The translations under genes and the position numbers were made by a program. From an uncultured Limosilactobacillus sp. (lineage in GTDB: Bacteria > Bacillota > Bacilli > Lactobacillales > Lactobacillaceae), in contig CALVGV010000002.1 in NCBI GenBank assembly GCA_944327195.1, positions 14,337 through 78,336 of the forward strand: a stretch of 64,000 nt of DNA. Reading direction: 5' to 3'. Each line of letters starts with the position of its first letter. Within the stretch, counting starts at the first letter, position 1. Below the pieces are notes generated by a model, which saw only the letters and a list, made by a program, of their open reading frames with translations, searched no databases and had not been told where the DNA came from. Positions 34,886 to 43,526 of this stretch are shown here, piece after piece.

Positions 34886-35836
34886 CTAGTGGTTTTGGTA
34901 GACCTGGGCCCGGCCGGTGGCGATCAGTTCCGGCGTCAGCTCCAGGGCGGTCATGCCGAGTTGGTCGTAGGCCTGGAAGTAGTAGGTCCGCCGCTCGGCA
35001 TCAACGATCGAGCGGTAGACCGAGTAGGTTGGCCGGTGGCCAAAGCTGCGCGGCACCGTCACCGCGTCCAGCAGGTGGCTGACCGTCACCACCCCCTCCC
35101 GGGCGGTGGCCGGCTGGTCGGCGTACTCCTTCAGGTAAGCGGCCCGCAGGAAGCGGGCGCTCGGCGAGTAGCCGCCCGGCGGCGTCTTTTTGCCGCTCAG
35201 CTTGCCGGTGGTGACGTGAAAGCTCCCTAGCGGCAGGGTGCCGGCCAAATAGTCCGGCCGGAAGTCGACGTAGGCCGCCAGCTTGCGGAGCTGGCCGGCA
35301 AAGTCCGGGTAGTTGGTCAGCACCCCCAGCGGGTTCTCCCGCAGCACCAGTGGTCCCTGGCCGGGCTCGATCACGGCGATTGCCCCACTGCGGTCCATCA
35401 CCGCGTAGTGCTGCATCACCGGGCCGTACTTGAAGTCGCTGAAGTCGTCGCTCATCAGCTCGACCTCACCGAGGTGGGCGCGGACCTCGGCCACCGACGC
35501 AAAGCGGCCCAGCAGGTAGAGGGCCAACTCGAAGGGCGCCAGCTGGTCCTTGTCGGCCCGCCGCGCCACGCTCAGCCGGCCGCCGTGGTCGAAGGTCAGC
35601 TTCTGGACCATCAGGCCGGCCTCGTTGACCCCGTCGCTGACGTCAATCAGGTCGCCAGCAATCATCCCGCCGCCAACCAGGGCGTAGCGGGTGCGGTAGG
35701 TCCGGTGGTCGAAGCGGGTCTGCCAGGCGTACTCGCGCGGCACGAAGAGCGGGGCGACCTTCAGCTCCGGCCAGTCCATCGTCCGCCCCAGCAGGTGGTG
35801 GCCATCCTTAGTGGTGATTCCAATGCTCGTGCACAT
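34886..35836 (-). CDS. Choloylglycine hydrolase family (Ntn; bile salt hydrolase/penicillin V acylase-like)
   Basis: MCTSIGITT...GRTMDW places the nucleophile Cys at position 2. 316 aa. Confidence 0.8.
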   Translation of the reverse strand: MCTSIGITTKDGHHLLGRTMDWPELKVAPLFVPREYAWQTRFDHRTYRTRYALVGGGMIAGDLIDVSDGVNEAGLMVQKLTFDHGGRLSVARRADKDQLAPFELALYLLGRFASVAEVRAHLGEVELMSDDFSDFKYGPVMQHYAVMDRSGAIAVIEPGQGPLVLRENPLGVLTNYPDFAGQLRKLAAYVDFRPDYLAGTLPLGSFHVTTGKLSGKKTPPGGYSPSARFLRAAYLKEYADQPATAREGVVTVSHLLDAVTVPRSFGHRPTYSVYRSIVDAERRTYYFQAYDQLGMTALELTPELIATGRAQVYQNH

Positions 35837-35917
35837 GTCACTCCCCCATTTCTAATCGTACCTGTACCATACCGAACCGGCCGCCGGCTGACAAGCAAAG
35901 TGGCCCGCCGGCGAAAA

Positions 35918-35931
35918 ATTTCCCGGGAAAT
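35918..35931. promoter_or_regulatory. Exact palindrome ATTTCCCGGGAAAT in a divergent promoter region
   Basis: Lies 82 nt upstream of the hydrolase ATG and 114 nt upstream of the DUF956 ATG. Confidence 0.4.
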
Positions 35932-36044
35932 CGCGCCCCGTCCCCCAAGAAAACGGTCCCACCGGACGAGAAGAAATGGTATCATTGACCTATTCAGTGA
36001 ATCCGCCCCGCTGGCTAGCGGGGCGCCGAAAGGAAGAGAATTTC

Positions 36045-36428
36045 ATGGTAGAAGCACTCAACACCAAGGTCGAAGTGGTCGAAAAGGGGACCTACTTCAC
36101 CACCTTCAGCGCCTACGGCAAGGTCCTGGTTGGCGACAAGGGCTTTGAATTTTACGACGACCGCAACGTCCAAAACTACGTCCAGATTCCCTGGGACGAG
36201 ATCCAACTAGTCACCGCCTCCCTCCTCTTTGGCGGCAAGTGGATCCCACGCTTCAAGATTACCACCAAGCGCGACGGCAGCTTCATCTTCGCCGCCCAAG
36301 AGCCGAAGCGGGTCCTGAAGGCGATGACCAACCACATCGATCCCAACCAGGTCGTGCGCGCCCTCACCTTCACCCAGAACCTGACCCGCAACATCAAGAC
36401 GATCATCGCCAACCGCAAGAAGAAGTAG
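36045..36428 (+). CDS. DUF956 family protein (ManO-like, usually linked to the mannose PTS)
   Basis: 127 aa with VEKGTYFTTFSAYGKVLVGDKGFEFYDD. ATG 36045 lies inside track ORF 35976-36428. Confidence 0.7.
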   Translation: MVEALNTKVEVVEKGTYFTTFSAYGKVLVGDKGFEFYDDRNVQNYVQIPWDEIQLVTASLLFGGKWIPRFKITTKRDGSFIFAAQEPKRVLKAMTNHIDPNQVVRALTFTQNLTRNIKTIIANRKKK

Positions 36429-36484
36429 CTAAAAATCCCGGTCCGCAGCAGTTGCGAACCGGGATTTTGATTTCAAATGTTAGG

Positions 36485-36895
36485 CTACAAGACGAAGGTC
36501 AGCAGCCAGACCGCCAGCAGACCGACCAGGACCGAGGACAGCATCGAGCGGGTGAAGTAGGCCACGATCGCCACGAAGACCGCCGCGATCAGGTAGCTGG
36601 CGTGACCAAAGATCGTCAGGCTGCTGCCGAAGGCGGAGACGTGGTCGAAGAAGAGCTGGTACTTGCTGTCGACGAAGAGCGCCTTGACCACCAGAGCGGT
36701 GAAGAGGCTCACCGGCACGTACTTCATCCATTCGTTGAACCACTCCGGGATCTTGCGGTTGGTGAAGAAGCGCATCGGGAAGTAGCGGGGCAGAAAGGCC
36801 GCCACCGCCGCCACCAGGATCACGATCAAGTGGTAGGTTAGGTTGTGGTGGCTCGGCACGAGCGAGGCCACCGAAAGGTTCAAGCTTGCCATCAT
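36485..36895 (-). CDS. azlD: AzlD-family branched-chain amino acid transport protein
   Basis: Small 4-TM protein whose start overlaps the azlC stop. Confidence 0.7.
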   Translation of the reverse strand: MMASLNLSVASLVPSHHNLTYHLIVILVAAVAAFLPRYFPMRFFTNRKIPEWFNEWMKYVPVSLFTALVVKALFVDSKYQLFFDHVSAFGSSLTIFGHASYLIAAVFVAIVAYFTRSMLSSVLVGLLAVWLLTFVL

Positions 36896-37758
36896 TTCTC
36901 CTCATCCTCTTGCGAGAGCGGGGCCGCTTCGGCCGCCGCCGCTTCCTGCTCCTGCTTGGCCTGCTCGTTGATCAACTGGCGATCCTCCACCGTGTGGCGG
37001 GTAATCGCCGGCCGGAAGAGCTTCTTGAGCACCCAGGGGTCCTTGGAGTGCTTGCGGGCCCAGTTTTCGATCGCAAACCCGATCAGCGAAGCGATCAAGG
37101 TGGCGATGATCAAGCCAAGGGTGCTCTTGGTCAGGGTCAGGAAGAAGAGGGCCAGGACCGCCGAGGTCAGGCAGATGATCAGGCTGAGGTGGCTGCGCAT
37201 CTGCATCACGATCATGTAGATGAAGAGGGCGGTCAAAGCGAAGTCGACGATCTCGAGGTCGATCGTGACTGCGCTGCCGATCAGGCCGCCGAGGAGGTTC
37301 CCCCCGGCCCAGGAGATCAGCGAATAGTGTTCCACCAAAAGGGCGTCCCTTGGCGTCCACTTCTTGTCGGTGGCGAACTTGAGGTAGTTTACGGCGTAGT
37401 TTTCATCGTTCATTGAGGCCGAGAAGAGTAAGACGAAGCCCTGCGTTGAGGAACGGAAGTACTTCGACAGGCTCGACCCGAGGAGGGCGTAGCGCAATTC
37501 CAAAAAGAAGAGCGTCATGAAGATCGAACTGATTGGGGCGTCACTCACCAGCAGGGAGGCCAGGATGAACTGGGCCCCGCCGGAGAAGACGAGAATCGAA
37601 ATGAGGAAGGTCAAAACGAAGTTCATCCCCGCTGCGTGGAGTAGGATCCCACACGCCACCCCGATTGGGAGATAACTCAGGCACAGCGGCATCGAGATCC
37701 CGAGGACCTGGAGCCAGCGCTGGTTGCCCGGATTGAATTGGTGTGCTTTTTGTTCCAA
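36892..37758 (-). CDS. azlC: AzlC-family branched-chain amino acid transporter permease
   Basis: Multi-TM AzlC-like protein. TTG 37758 lies 8 nt after GGAGG, while the track start at 37773 contains that SD. The C-terminus is an acidic, Ala-rich tail. Confidence 0.7.
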   Translation of the reverse strand: MEQKAHQFNPGNQRWLQVLGISMPLCLSYLPIGVACGILLHAAGMNFVLTFLISILVFSGGAQFILASLLVSDAPISSIFMTLFFLELRYALLGSSLSKYFRSSTQGFVLLFSASMNDENYAVNYLKFATDKKWTPRDALLVEHYSLISWAGGNLLGGLIGSAVTIDLEIVDFALTALFIYMIVMQMRSHLSLIICLTSAVLALFFLTLTKSTLGLIIATLIASLIGFAIENWARKHSKDPWVLKKLFRPAITRHTVEDRQLINEQAKQEQEAAAAEAAPLSQEDEEK

Positions 37759-37982
37759 AAAAGTATCCTCCAAAGGTTTGTTGAAGTCGGATCATTGTTA
37801 CGGCACCAAATCTACCGTCCAAGCTCTATGTTAACATATTTGGAAAACCGTGAATATCTTTGAAGGAAATCAATTTCCCGTTCCCGGCCCCGCAGGCTAC
37901 AAAAAATCCCGCAAGGCCCGTCAAGCGGGCACTTCCGGGATAAGCTGGTTTGCGATTGGTCCGGTAAAGAAAGGGCAAAGAA

Positions 37983-39131
37983 CTAGCCCTTCGCCTCCTC
38001 CTTGGGTTGGGCCGTCGGCAGGGTGACGGTAAAGGCGGTCTCGTCGTCGTCGGAGGTCACCGTGACCTGGCCGTGGTGGAGGTCGACGATGCTCTTGACG
38101 ATCGCCAGCCCCAGCCCGGTCCCGCCGGTGGCCTTGGAGCGGGAGGATTCAACCCGGTAGAAGCGCTCGAAGAGGTGCTCGAGCGAGGCCGCCGGGATCT
38201 TGGTGCCGTCGTTGGCCACCTTGACGGCCACCTGGTCGCCGGCCACCGTGGCGGCGATCCGGATGTAGCTGGCCCCGTTGCCGTACTTGAGGGCGTTGGC
38301 CACCAGGTTGCTGAAGACCCGCCCCAGCTTTTCGGGGTCGGCCTCGATCTTGAGCGGGTCCGGCTTGGTGGTCGCCGTGACCTCGATCCCGCGCTTCTCC
38401 CCTTCCAGCTCGAAGCTGGCCGCCACCTGCTCGAGCAGCTCGGAGAGGTCGACGGTCATTAGGTTGACCGGGGCGCCGTGCTGCTGAACCTTGGTGTACT
38501 CGAAGAGGTCCTCGACCAGGGTCTTCATCTGCTTGGATTTCTCGTAGGCGATGTGGGCGTACTTAACGATGTCTTCTTCGGAGTGGTACTGCTTGTCCTC
38601 GATCAGGCGGAGGTAGCCGATGATCGAGGTCAGGGGCGTCCGCAGGTCGTGGCTAACGTTGGTGATCAGCTCGTCCTTGGACTTTTCGATCTGGCGCTCG
38701 TCATTCATCGACTGAACGGCGCTGTCGACCAGGGCGTTGACGCTGGTGATCACGTGCTGCTGGCTCCCCTTCAGGCGGAAGGGAATCCGGTGATCGAGGT
38801 GGCCCTGGGCGATGTAGTGGAGCTCGTCTAGGATGTGGTCCATCTGGTACTGGTGGTAGCGGCGGATCAGGCGCCACCAAACCACCCAGGCGTCGATCAG
38901 CAGGAGGATCCCGTTGGCAATCCACTGGTAGGACCAGATCCGGGTGTGGAAGGGCCCTAGCCAGAGCGACTGCTTGATGATGAAGATCCCGCTGGAGAGG
39001 CCGGGGTTGCTCTGGATGAACTTCTGGATGATCACAACGACGGCGACGTTAATCAGGATCAGGAGAGCCACCGTCACGATCCCCTCAAAGATCAGGGCCC
39101 CCTTCTCGCGGCCGGTTAATTTCAGCATCAC
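37983..39131 (-). CDS. Sensor histidine kinase
   Basis: Two N-terminal TM helices, H-box SHDLRTPLTSIIGY, N-box NALKYG, and G-box GGTGLGLAIV. Confidence 0.9.
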   Translation of the reverse strand: MMLKLTGREKGALIFEGIVTVALLILINVAVVVIIQKFIQSNPGLSSGIFIIKQSLWLGPFHTRIWSYQWIANGILLLIDAWVVWWRLIRRYHQYQMDHILDELHYIAQGHLDHRIPFRLKGSQQHVITSVNALVDSAVQSMNDERQIEKSKDELITNVSHDLRTPLTSIIGYLRLIEDKQYHSEEDIVKYAHIAYEKSKQMKTLVEDLFEYTKVQQHGAPVNLMTVDLSELLEQVAASFELEGEKRGIEVTATTKPDPLKIEADPEKLGRVFSNLVANALKYGNGASYIRIAATVAGDQVAVKVANDGTKIPAASLEHLFERFYRVESSRSKATGGTGLGLAIVKSIVDLHHGQVTVTSDDDETAFTVTLPTAQPKEEAKG

Positions 39132-39137
39132 ACCCTC

Positions 39138-39827
39138 CTAGTGGGCTTCCACCTTGTAACCAACGCCCCAGACGGTTTCGATCACCTTTTCGCCACCGGT
39201 GGCCGCCTCGATCTTGTCGCGAAGGTGGCTAACGTGGACCATCACCGTCTTGGCCGACACAACGCTTTCCTGCTGCCATACCCGCTCGAAGATGTCGTCG
39301 GCCGAGAAGACCCGGTTCGGGTGGCTGGCCAGCAGGTAGAGGATGCCGAATTCCAGGGCGGTCAGCTGGATCAGGTCGCCCTTTAGGGTCTTGACCTCGT
39401 GGGAGTCCTTGTTGATTTGCAGCGGCCCGACGTTTAAGATGTCCGGCTGGTCGTTGGTGACCTTGCCCTCACTCCGCCGCAAAAGCGAGTTGACCCGGGC
39501 CATTACTTCCAGCGGGTTGAAGGGCTTGGTAACGTAATCGTCGGCCCCCGAGATCAGCCCCTGGATCTTGTCCATGTCGGCCGTCTTGGCGGAGAGCACC
39601 AGGACCGGAATCGAGGAATCCTTGCGAATCTGCTTGATTACCTCCATCCCGTCGAGCTCCGGCATCATCAGGTCGAGGATCACCAGGGCGATGTCGGGGG
39701 TGGTGTTGAGCTTGGTCAAGGCTTCCTTGCCGTTGTAGGCCGCCACCGGCTCGTAGCCCTCGTTTTTAACGTAGATTTCCAATAATTGAACGATTTCCTT
39801 GTCGTCATCAACCACTAAAATTTTCAT
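39138..39827 (-). CDS. OmpR-family response regulator
   Basis: Receiver domain (VVDDD...DLMMPELDG) plus a winged-helix C-terminus (VWGVGYKV). Confidence 0.9.
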   Translation of the reverse strand: MKILVVDDDKEIVQLLEIYVKNEGYEPVAAYNGKEALTKLNTTPDIALVILDLMMPELDGMEVIKQIRKDSSIPVLVLSAKTADMDKIQGLISGADDYVTKPFNPLEVMARVNSLLRRSEGKVTNDQPDILNVGPLQINKDSHEVKTLKGDLIQLTALEFGILYLLASHPNRVFSADDIFERVWQQESVVSAKTVMVHVSHLRDKIEAATGGEKVIETVWGVGYKVEAH

Positions 39828-39930
39828 GTGTGTATCCCCCTCGGACCGAATTTTCTTCTATTATACCCATAACCCCGCCCGCTGTGCCGCTAGGAGCCCC
39901 CGCTTTTAATGAAATGTTAAAGTCGGCGGA

Positions 39931-39944
39931 ATTTCCCGGGAAAT
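39931..39944. promoter_or_regulatory. Exact palindrome ATTTCCCGGGAAAT upstream of the two-component operon
   Basis: Lies 104 nt upstream of the response-regulator ATG. A related CCCGGGAAATTTCCGGG at 39967-39983 sits inside the tetR terminator hairpin. Confidence 0.4.
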
Positions 39945-39995
39945 AAGTGGCAAAAAAGCCCGCTCACCCGGGAAATTTCCGGGTGGGCGGGCAGG

Positions 39996-40565
39996 TTATT
40001 CTTGCTTGGCCTGGCTCATCAGCCCCCGCACCAGGTCGCGCACCGCGCCTAACACGGCGGTCTGGCTCACCTGGTCCTGGTGACCGATCCACCAGTGGAC
40101 CAGCTGGCTAACCGCCCCCAGGAAGAGTTGCAATTCGGGATCGACCTCCCGCTTCTTGAGGTCAACCATCAGGTGGTGCTTGAGGTCGGTCAGCCCGGCA
40201 GCCAAACTGGTCGTCAAGAGCTGGCTGGCCACCGTGCTGGCGGTGAGGTGGCGGATCAGGGCGGGGTTGGCCTGAACAAAGGCCAGCGCCTGCTTGGTGA
40301 TCGCCAGGTAGTAGTCCTCCGGCGTCGCCCCCTTCGCCAGCGGAGAGGCAACGAAGGTCCGCCGCTTCTCGGCCACCAGGAAGCGCCAAAAGTCGTCCTT
40401 GTCTTCAAAGTGGCTATAGAAGGTCGCCGTCCGGGTTTGGGCCCGCCGGCAGAGGGCGGTGACGGTGATCTTCTCGTAGCTGGTTTCGGCCAGCAGGTCC
40501 TCAAAGGCGGCCACCAGGGCGGTGTAGGTCTTCTCGGTCCGCAGGTCGCCCCGCTTGGTCTTCAT
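39996..40565 (-). CDS. TetR/AcrR family transcriptional regulator
   Basis: TetR HTH (ITVTALCRRAQTRTATFYSHF). It starts 3 nt after the stop of the lipocalin-like gene, so the two form an operon. Confidence 0.85.
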   Translation of the reverse strand: MKTKRGDLRTEKTYTALVAAFEDLLAETSYEKITVTALCRRAQTRTATFYSHFEDKDDFWRFLVAEKRRTFVASPLAKGATPEDYYLAITKQALAFVQANPALIRHLTASTVASQLLTTSLAAGLTDLKHHLMVDLKKREVDPELQLFLGAVSQLVHWWIGHQDQVSQTAVLGAVRDLVRGLMSQAKQE

Positions 40566-40568
40566 TGC

Positions 40569-41717
40569 TTACACCCCCGCCCGCGGGTCCTCGCGCCCGT
40601 TGTAGTTGTACTCGTAGATCATCGTCCCCGTGCTGTGGCTGGTTTCCCCGTTCAGGGTCAAGCTGAGGCCCCCGTGGGCAAAGAAGCGCACGTAGGTCGG
40701 TTGGATCCCCATTTGGTCGTACTGCTCCTTGGTGCCGCCGACCACCCTTTGCATGTCACTCACCCCGGCCGCCTTGGCCCGGGCGCGGGCCTCTGCTTGG
40801 TTGGCCGGCGCGTCGCCGTAGGTATCCCGGGTTTCCAGGATCTGGTCCCAGGTCACGGTGAACTCGGCCCGGTCGCCCCCGTTGTCGAAGAGGTAGGTGC
40901 TGGTCTTGGGGAACTGCTTGCCGACACTGGTTTCCACCAGTTCGGTTTGGCGGCTGAAGTGGCCGTTGGTGGTGAAGACCACCTTGCCGGTCTGGTTGTC
41001 GGCGACCATGAAGAGCGGCAGCGGCTTGAAGCCAAAGCGCTCGGTGGTCACGAAGTCATAGATGTAAACGACGTACTTGTCGGTGTACATCCGCCCCCAC
41101 AGCCAGTGGTGGAAGGCGGCAAAGGGGGTGATGTTCATCCACTGGTGGTCGTGGTAACCCTGGCCGCTGACCGCCACCGTCTGGCCGTCGTAGGTCAGCG
41201 TCCCGGTCACCGCGCACTTGGGAACGCTCAGGTCGGTGTAGAAGTACTGGTCGGCATCGCCGAGGGCCAGTTCGGCCGTCCCCTGGCGGAAGGGTTCGGT
41301 CAGGGCGTGGTAGTGAAGGTCAACGGCCAGGCTAGCGGTCTCCACGTGGAGGTCGTAGTCTTTGAAGTCACCCCGGCAGTAGTTGGGCCCAAACTGGACG
41401 TCACACTGGTCCGTCCCGAGGTGACTGTCTTCCATTGCCGCGAAGGCAAACTCCTGGCTGGTTTCCCCGTTCGGCCGGGTGATCGCTAGGTTGAGGTTGG
41501 GGTTGAAGCCCCCTTCCTTCATGCCGGCGACCGTCTTCGGCCGGAAGCCAACCGCCACCTTGCTCTTGTCTTCGAAGTCGGCGTCGAAGTACCAGACCTC
41601 GTTGGTTCCCGCTTGCTCGTCGGTCCGCAGGCCGTCCTCCCACTTTTCAACCCGCGCCGGGTTCAGGCCGAGGCGCTTGAAGTCGGCCGGTTGATCCATT
41701 AAGCGTGCTTTTTCCAT
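40569..41717 (-). CDS. Lipocalin-like (CrtC/AttH-type) domain protein, paralog 1
   Basis: 382 aa with WYFDA, GQGYHDHQW and WLWGR motifs. I recognise these as the hydroxyneurosporene-synthase/AttH lipocalin-like superfamily. Function unknown. Confidence 0.65.
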   Translation of the reverse strand: MEKARLMDQPADFKRLGLNPARVEKWEDGLRTDEQAGTNEVWYFDADFEDKSKVAVGFRPKTVAGMKEGGFNPNLNLAITRPNGETSQEFAFAAMEDSHLGTDQCDVQFGPNYCRGDFKDYDLHVETASLAVDLHYHALTEPFRQGTAELALGDADQYFYTDLSVPKCAVTGTLTYDGQTVAVSGQGYHDHQWMNITPFAAFHHWLWGRMYTDKYVVYIYDFVTTERFGFKPLPLFMVADNQTGKVVFTTNGHFSRQTELVETSVGKQFPKTSTYLFDNGGDRAEFTVTWDQILETRDTYGDAPANQAEARARAKAAGVSDMQRVVGGTKEQYDQMGIQPTYVRFFAHGGLSLTLNGETSHSTGTMIYEYNYNGREDPRAGV

Positions 41718-41742
41718 GGTGCTTCCCCCTTACAGTTGCTAG

Positions 41743-41762
41743 TTAATTGACACTAACTACGG
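41743..41762 (-). promoter_or_regulatory. Bipartite operator-like motif (plus strand TTAATTGACA + CTAACTACGG) in the 5' leader of paralog 1
   Basis: Gene-strand CCGTAGTTAGTGTCAATTAAC aligns with CCGTAACAAATGTCAATTAAC in front of paralog 2. Confidence 0.45.
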
Positions 41763-41817
41763 TAAGAATATCACTGGGCGGGGGCAACTCAAGGACCACT
41801 TGGCCTGCGTTCACAAA

Positions 41818-41847
41818 TTAATTGACGATCGGCCGGGATTTGTTACG
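41818..41847. promoter_or_regulatory. Split copy of the same motif (TTAATTGACG-N11-TTTGTTACG)
   Basis: Read directly. It has the same box order and orientation as 51435-51464. Confidence 0.4.
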
Positions 41848-41855
41848 CGGTTGGA

Positions 41856-42029
41856 TAAAAAAGAGCCAGGAAATAATCCCAGCTCAAAATGGCTTGGTTA
41901 TTCAACCAGCAACCAGGCGGAATGTCCACTTTCCCCTGGTTAGGCCCCCCGCAATCCGGCGGGTTAACGGGCCCCCACGAGAGGACAGCCGAATAAGGGC
42001 CGGCTGCCAAACCTCTCAGCTCATCGCGT
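41856..42029 (-). ncRNA. Candidate small RNA or orphan leader of about 175 nt, class unknown
   Basis: On the minus strand, an extended -10 TGGTATAGT lies at 42043-42035. Four hairpins follow: GAGAGG..CAGCCG-N9-CGGCTG..CCTCTC, CCCGC-N6-GCGGG, CCAGG-N17-CCTGG, and TGGTT-N4-AACCA. A terminator GAGCUGGG-N7-CCUGGCUC plus UUUUUUA lies at 41885-41856. No plausible ORF. Confidence 0.45.
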
Positions 42030-42067
42030 CCCCTACTATACCACGATTTTGGGGCCGGGGAAAGGGG

Positions 42068-42949
42068 CTAGCTTCCCTCCCGCAGGGCGACCCAGAAGCT
42101 GGCCGCCAGCAGGAGCATCCCGATGAAGAAGCCGTGGGTTAGCGCCTCGCCCAGCACCAGCCAGCCGAGGACGGCGCCGACGACCGGCTGGAAGAGGAAG
42201 AAGAGCCCGGCCAGGTTGCTATCGAAGCGGCGCAGGCCGGCGTTCCACATCACGAAGGCCAGCGCGGTCGAGACCGCCCCGAGGTAGCCAATCTGCAGCA
42301 GGACCGGGGCGGCGGTCAGGTCGACCTTGCCGAGGGTTTGCCCCCAGTGGGTCAGCACCCAGGGCGTCAGGGTCACCAGGGCGACGACCACCGCCAAGAA
42401 GGTCACCTGGAGGGCGTCGTAGGCCGGATCGATCAGCTGCAAGAGGACCGACATCAGCGCCCAGGTCAGGGCCGCCACCAGCAGGCAGGCCGCCCCGGCG
42501 AGGAGCCGGTGGCCGGAGAACTGCCAGCCGACGATCACCAGGACCCCGGCCATCGCCAAGGCGAGGCTGGCCCAGTCGCCACGCTTGGGCCGCACCTTAC
42601 GCAGCCACCAGGCGAAGAGCACCATGAAGGCCGGGGTGGTGGTGGTCACCACCGCCCCCAACTGGGCCGAGGAGAGCCAGGTCCCGGTCTCCTGAAAGCA
42701 GATCGAGAGGGCGTTGCCCACCAGGCCGCAGAGGACGATCAGCAGGCCGTTCTTGCGGTCCCAGTGCCACTTCGGCCGGCGGATGGCCAAGAAGAGGGCC
42801 AGGGTGACCGCGGCCACCAGGTAGCGCAACCAGACGAGTTCGACCGGGGGAATCAGCTTGACGGCCGCCTTGACGACCACGAACATGCCACCCCAGATGC
42901 TGGCGGCCCCGGCCAAAAGCAGGGCGCCGATTAATTTATTCACTTTCAA
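42068..42949 (-). CDS. EamA/DMT-family transporter
   Basis: 293 aa, 10 TM helices, with a duplicated EamA-like organisation. TTG start lies 6 nt after GGAGG. Confidence 0.8.
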   Translation of the reverse strand: MKVNKLIGALLLAGAASIWGGMFVVVKAAVKLIPPVELVWLRYLVAAVTLALFLAIRRPKWHWDRKNGLLIVLCGLVGNALSICFQETGTWLSSAQLGAVVTTTTPAFMVLFAWWLRKVRPKRGDWASLALAMAGVLVIVGWQFSGHRLLAGAACLLVAALTWALMSVLLQLIDPAYDALQVTFLAVVVALVTLTPWVLTHWGQTLGKVDLTAAPVLLQIGYLGAVSTALAFVMWNAGLRRFDSNLAGLFFLFQPVVGAVLGWLVLGEALTHGFFIGMLLLAASFWVALREGS

Positions 42950-43058
42950 TGTTTACCTCCAATTCACTAGTGCAACGAGCAACTAGTGAACTGGCGCATC
43001 ATTTTCAAACAGCGGTGCGTAAAACACGGTCACCCCTCCTTTCGCTTCGGACCGGGCC

Positions 43059-43526
43059 CTACTTTTCCGCTTGGCGGTTTTCCATCGTTTGGGCCAGCTG
43101 CTGGGCCACCCATTCCTGAAGGGGCGGCAGGAGGCTGGCCACGTCGGCGGTTGCCAGCTGGGCTTCGGTTGCCAACTGGTCAATCCGCAGGCCGGACTTG
43201 TTCAGTTCCTCGCCCTCGGCCACCATGTAGAGGTTGAGCCCGCTGGCCTCGTCAGCCGCGAGCAGCTTGCCGTCGAGGCGGGCGGCGTCCTTGACCGGCA
43301 CGTTGATCAGGTTGACCTCCAGCCGCACGCTCACTGGGGTCCCCTTGCGCAGGCGCACCACCCACTCGTACTGGGCCAAATAGCCGCTGGCCAGCTGGTC
43401 GAGCACGAAGGTCAGCCCGCGCTTGAGGGCGGCCGGCTGCTGGACCGTCGCCCCGGTTAGTTCCTCACTCTTTGATTGGAGGTGGTCCTCCAGTTGACTT
43501 AAGTATTGATCCTTGGTTAACTTCAC
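43059..43526 (-). CDS. Hypothetical soluble protein
   Basis: 155-aa ORF with an ATGA overlap to the upstream membrane-protein gene. No recognisable motif. Confidence 0.55.
   Translation of the reverse strand: MKLTKDQYLSQLEDHLQSKSEELTGATVQQPAALKRGLTFVLDQLASGYLAQYEWVVRLRKGTPVSVRLEVNLINVPVKDAARLDGKLLAADEASGLNLYMVAEGEELNKSGLRIDQLATEAQLATADVASLLPPLQEWVAQQLAQTMENRQAEK

Noticed and set aside
37790-37802. ATTGTTACGG upstream of azlC as a fifth copy of the TetR-associated motif
   Set aside because: Only the second box is present, with no TTAATTGACA partner. An 8-9-mer match of this kind is expected about twice by chance in 64 kb.
41822-42142. 106-aa plus-strand ORF across the candidate sRNA region
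   Set aside because: It has an Arg/Pro-rich non-protein-like translation and no RBS, and it runs into the EamA gene on the opposite strand. The region is better explained as structured non-coding RNA.
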